In this document: one piece after another, positions 60,340 through 64,000 of the stretch
Numbering within the stretch: the first letter of the stretch is position 1
Layout: each line of letters begins with the position of its first letter
From: Waddlia chondrophila WSU 86-1044
GTDB lineage: Bacteria; Chlamydiota; Chlamydiia; Chlamydiales; CAMCWV01
NCBI GenBank assembly: GCA_945882915.1
Contig: CAMCWV010000009.1
Span: 4,735 to 68,734 of the forward strand
Direction: 5' to 3'
DNA: 64,000 bases
The notes under the pieces: model-generated
Seen by the model: the letters and a program-made list of their open reading frames with translations, nothing else
The model's database searches: none
What the model was told of the DNA's origin: nothing
Position numbers and translations under genes: made by a program

Positions 60340-61275
60340 ATGTACTCAGTTGAGGACCTCTATAAGCAACACGGAGAGACTCTCGGGCTAGAACTTATTG
60401 CCGGCAAACATGGAATGAAGCGGCAGATAAAAGTTCCCGAAGCTCATCGCCCAGGCTTGAGTTTAGCTGGCTATCTAAAGAGTCATGCGCATAAACGCAT
60501 TCTGGTTTTTGGTAAGGTTGAGATCGAATATCTACGCGATTTAGATTCAGGAACGCGCGTTGAGCGGTTGAATTCTATTTTGTCGGCATATACTCCTGCC
60601 GTGATTGTCGCCCGGCGCTACCGACCCCCACGAGAGCTTTTAGTTTTGTGCGAGCAGGAACAAATTCCTTTGTTCAGGGCGAGCATGACCACTATGAATC
60701 TGCTTAGCAAGCTGACGCTGCGGCTTACGGAGGAGTTTTCTCCGAGTCTTAGTTGTCACGGAACGCTTGTCGAAGTTTTTGGGGTAGGGGTTCTTATTCA
60801 AGGAGAGTCTTCTGTAGGAAAGAGTGAAGCCGCTTTAGGACTTATTGAGCGTGGCCACCGTTTAATTTCTGATGACATTGTTAAGGTAAAAAAGGTAGAG
60901 AATTCTTTAGAGGGGTATGGTGCTGAACTTACCCGTCACCATATGGAAATTCGTGGGATTGGCATTATTAACGTAGCTAACCTTTATGGAGCAGTTTGTG
61001 TCCGGGATAACAAGCGGCTCGATATTGTCGTGAAGCTTGAGGTTTGGGATGATCATAGCTTTTATGATCGCGTTGGGTTAGATGAAAAGTCGATAGATAT
61101 TCTTGGAATAAAAGTTCCGTTCCACGTTCTCCCGGTGAAGCCAGGGCGCGATGTTGTTCTTCTTCTGGAAACGATAGCCCTGAATCACCGATTAAAAAGA
61201 ATGGGATATAATTCCGCTAAAGAATTTAATGCTAAACTTTTAGACACACTCGCCCGCAAGCAAAGCAGGCGTTAA
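60340..61275 (+). CDS. hprK: HPr kinase/phosphorylase
   Basis: HGTLVEVFG, GESSVGKSE, LISDD and EIRGIGIINV motifs. Confidence 0.96.
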   Translation: MYSVEDLYKQHGETLGLELIAGKHGMKRQIKVPEAHRPGLSLAGYLKSHAHKRILVFGKVEIEYLRDLDSGTRVERLNSILSAYTPAVIVARRYRPPRELLVLCEQEQIPLFRASMTTMNLLSKLTLRLTEEFSPSLSCHGTLVEVFGVGVLIQGESSVGKSEAALGLIERGHRLISDDIVKVKKVENSLEGYGAELTRHHMEIRGIGIINVANLYGAVCVRDNKRLDIVVKLEVWDDHSFYDRVGLDEKSIDILGIKVPFHVLPVKPGRDVVLLLETIALNHRLKRMGYNSAKEFNAKLLDTLARKQSRR

Positions 61276-61295
61276 GTATTCGGAGTGGCTGAACC

Positions 61296-61562
61296 TTGAA
61301 AATTATCCAAAAAGTAAAAGTCAAAAATGCTTTAGGATTGCACACGCGTCCAGCCACCGTGATCGTTAAGCTTCTTCAAGACTCGAAGAGCAGCGTGCAG
61401 ATGACCTATAAACGAGATACTATTAATGCCAAAAGCATCATGAGTATTCTCATGCTTGCCGTACATAAAAATGGAAACATCACAATTACAGTAGATGGTG
61501 AGGACGCTGACGATACTATGGGTAGATTGGTCACTGCTTTTGAATCGCGCTTTGGGGAGTAG
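61296..61562 (+). CDS. ptsH: Phosphocarrier protein HPr
   Basis: GLHTRPA (His15) and NAKSIM (Ser46). Confidence 0.95.
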   Translation: MKIIQKVKVKNALGLHTRPATVIVKLLQDSKSSVQMTYKRDTINAKSIMSILMLAVHKNGNITITVDGEDADDTMGRLVTAFESRFGE

Positions 61563-61570
61563 ATTAGAGT

Positions 61571-63412
61571 ATGTCTATTGAGACTAAGCATCGAGAAAGT
61601 CGACTCCACGGGACTCCTATTTGTGCAGGCATCGCGATTGGGCGTCCGTTTTTCTTTGTTTTTTCAAAAGACGTCGTTCCTGAGTTTTCTATTGCAGCAG
61701 CCGAGATCGAAGATGAGGTTTTGCGTTATCAGAATGCTCTAAAGCGAAGCAAGCAGGATGTTTTAAGATTGCAGACGCAACTTGAGGCAGAAGGGGCTGT
61801 CGATGCCTTTATGGTGATCGATACCCATCTGCAAATCATGCAAGATCCCCTCATTACAACCGCTATTGAAGAGCAAATCCGGTTGACCCGTAAAAATGCA
61901 GAGCACGTCTTTCATAAGGCTATTGATGAGTTTGAAGAGAAGTTTAACCGGATCACCAACCCTTTCTTCAAAGAGCGCTTTAAAGACATTCAAGACATCG
62001 CTCGCCGTGTCACCAGTCATTTGCGTCATACGGTGCGGATTTCACTTGCCGACATCCCTGAGCAGTCAGTAGTTTTTGCTCATGAATTATTCCCTTCAGA
62101 TACTGCCGAAGCTAAAAGTTCTTGTGTTTGTGCTTTTGTAACAGAAGCTGGCGGCGAGACCTCTCATGCAGCCATTGTCGCCAAAGCTAAGGGGATTCCT
62201 TACGTTGCTAATGTTGACTTCCGGAGCATTGAGAGTCTCGATGGTAGCCAGGTCATTGTGGACGGACGAACAGGTGAGGTTATTCTCAATCCGTCTAAAA
62301 AAACGCTCACCAAATACCGTTCTTTACACAAGCAGTTGAGGGTTCAGGAGAAGCTCCTTGAAGAGACAAGCTCTCTTGAGGCTGAAACAATTGATGGGTA
62401 CAGGGTTCGCCTTTCTGCCAATATTGAGATGGCAGATGAGTTTGACCTCATCCATAGACATGGAGGAAGGGGGGTTGGGCTTTTTCGCTCAGAGTTTCTT
62501 TTCTTGACCCATGAAGACTTCCCTGATGAAGAGAAGCAATTTCATCTTTATTCCAAAATTGTAACGAGTATGAAGGGGCTGCCTGTCGTCATTCGTACGT
62601 TTGATGTTGGCGGTGATAAGTTTGGCAGGCTTTATCAAACACGTGGAGAGAGCAACCCCTTTCTTGGTTGTAGAGCCATACGTTTCTTGCTGAAAGAAAG
62701 AGAGGTCTTTAAGACTCAGCTGCGCGCTATTTTACGCGCTTCTGGATGTGGTTCAGGGGAAGTTAGCATCATGTTCCCCATGATCTCAGGGCTTCCTGAG
62801 CTGTTGGAGTCTAAAAAGCTTGTTCAAGAAGCAAAAGAAGAGCTAACTGCGCGCGGCGAAAAATTTGCAGCACACGTAAGAATCGGCTGCATGATCGAGG
62901 TTCCTTCGGCGGCTTTAACATGTGATGCGCTGGCTAAGGAATGTGATTTCCTTTCTATTGGAACAAACGATCTCGTTCAGTACTCCATGGCTGTTGACCG
63001 AGGCAACCAGGCGATGAGTTACCTCTATAACCCAACGCACCCTAGTATTATTCGTCTTATTAAAATGGTGGTATCAGAAGGGATTCGCCACGGAATTCCT
63101 GTTTCTGTGTGCGGTGAGATTGCTGCAGATCCACGTTTTACCGTTCTGCTTTTGGGGCTAGGGGTTCAAGAGCTTTCGATGTCTTCTCGGCACATTCCTT
63201 TGGTCAAGAATGTTATTCGACATCTTAGTATTGTCTCTGCCACACAGTTTGCTGAGGATGTACTCAGCATGTCTACAGCTAAAGAGATTCATGAGACGCT
63301 TTTAGATCAATACCGCAAAAATGACCCTTACGACTACCTCTACAATAAGTCTGAAGGGATCCCTCTGCCCGCGGTAGAATCAGCAGCTCCCACTAAAAGT
63401 TTATTTTTTTAA
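61571..63412 (+). CDS. ptsI: PTS enzyme I
   Basis: SHAAI, GLFRSEF, MIEVP, SIGTNDL and CGE motifs. Confidence 0.96.
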   Translation: MSIETKHRESRLHGTPICAGIAIGRPFFFVFSKDVVPEFSIAAAEIEDEVLRYQNALKRSKQDVLRLQTQLEAEGAVDAFMVIDTHLQIMQDPLITTAIEEQIRLTRKNAEHVFHKAIDEFEEKFNRITNPFFKERFKDIQDIARRVTSHLRHTVRISLADIPEQSVVFAHELFPSDTAEAKSSCVCAFVTEAGGETSHAAIVAKAKGIPYVANVDFRSIESLDGSQVIVDGRTGEVILNPSKKTLTKYRSLHKQLRVQEKLLEETSSLEAETIDGYRVRLSANIEMADEFDLIHRHGGRGVGLFRSEFLFLTHEDFPDEEKQFHLYSKIVTSMKGLPVVIRTFDVGGDKFGRLYQTRGESNPFLGCRAIRFLLKEREVFKTQLRAILRASGCGSGEVSIMFPMISGLPELLESKKLVQEAKEELTARGEKFAAHVRIGCMIEVPSAALTCDALAKECDFLSIGTNDLVQYSMAVDRGNQAMSYLYNPTHPSIIRLIKMVVSEGIRHGIPVSVCGEIAADPRFTVLLLGLGVQELSMSSRHIPLVKNVIRHLSIVSATQFAEDVLSMSTAKEIHETLLDQYRKNDPYDYLYNKSEGIPLPAVESAAPTKSLFF

Positions 63413-63536
63413 CTCCTGAGAGACAGAGCGATTTTATCAAGAAAGCTTTGACGCTCACAGAGGGGTGTCTTGGCGGGGCAATCGCATAAAGAAATTTTTA
63501 AGCAGTCTGAACACTTTTGCGCACTACATTTTAAAT

Positions 63537-63765
63537 TGTGTCCCAGAGGGACACTTGGACTTAGCCAGGCGGTGGAATGCGAGGGCGTTAGCCCGAAGAC
63601 ATGCAACCCCTGGTCAATATAAATAAATTAGAAGCCCCAGAGGGGAAGGCACAAATTAAGTCCTGTAGATCCGTCCGGAGCTTGGATGTGTATTTACATT
63701 TACCAGGGGTTCTCGTGCTTCGCACTTCACCACCTGGCTAAGTCCAAATGTCCCTCTGGGACATC
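63537..63765. mobile_element. Family H palindromic REP-like element flanked by a 10-bp direct repeat
   Basis: TGTCCCAGAGGGGACACTTGGACTTAGCCAGG / CCTGGCTAAGTCCAAATGTCCCTCTGGGACA; CATTTTAAAT on both sides. Confidence 0.8.
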
Positions 63766-63774
63766 CATTTTAAA

Positions 63775-63972
63775 TATACTCCGCTTAGCTGAAAATGGGA
63801 ATTTGGACGGCGCCAAAGCTCCAGCGGCCTTAGCGTTTGCCCTCTCCAGAAGGTAACGTGGGCCGCCTAAGGTCTGGGATTTCAGACCCAAGCCTACCAC
63901 AAACGTTTGCTTGGTGGCAGGTTAGATCCCAGGCCTTAGGCGGCCCACGTTAGCTTCTCGAGAGGGCACACG
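63775..63972. mobile_element. Family A left arm followed by a complete family D palindrome
   Basis: TATACTCCGCTTAGCTGAAAATGGG; IR GCCCTCTCCAGAAGGTAACGTGGGCCGCCTAAGG / CCTTAGGCGGCCCACGTTAGCTTCTCGAGAGGGC. Confidence 0.85.
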
Positions 63973-64000
63973 TCTCTCTCTCTTATCTTGCCTTCTATCC

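Overview
Core-chromosome segment of an environmental Chlamydiae bacterium. The gene set is chlamydial: RsbU, eno, trpS-uvrB, a double-domain ThyX, a TopA-SWIB fusion, tandem TyrP permeases and comEC-SMI1-hprK-ptsH-ptsI. It holds about 45 CDS and one tRNA-Arg(ACG). Main observations: (1) A previously unannotated 23-aa Phe/Trp-rich leader peptide (MSKNSFFVTSFFSFFWWLTPSHS) with alternative RNA pairings precedes the tyrP-tyrP-trpS operon, so it is a candidate aromatic-amino-acid attenuator. (2) The hemB/thyX intergenic region looks like oriC. (3) Almost every intergenic space carries non-autonomous palindromic elements from several families that nest inside each other. The ends of the commonest family contain a Shine-Dalgarno sequence and sit at the translation starts of trpS, rpoN and mutL. 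(4) A degenerate PilZ-type protein lies next to a HAMP-class III adenylate cyclase. (5) There is a decaying bat-like operon, a gene with a probable ACG start, and a small tRNA-fragment/BRO islet. No CRISPR array and no transposase were seen. All assignments come from motif recognition by eye, without database searches.
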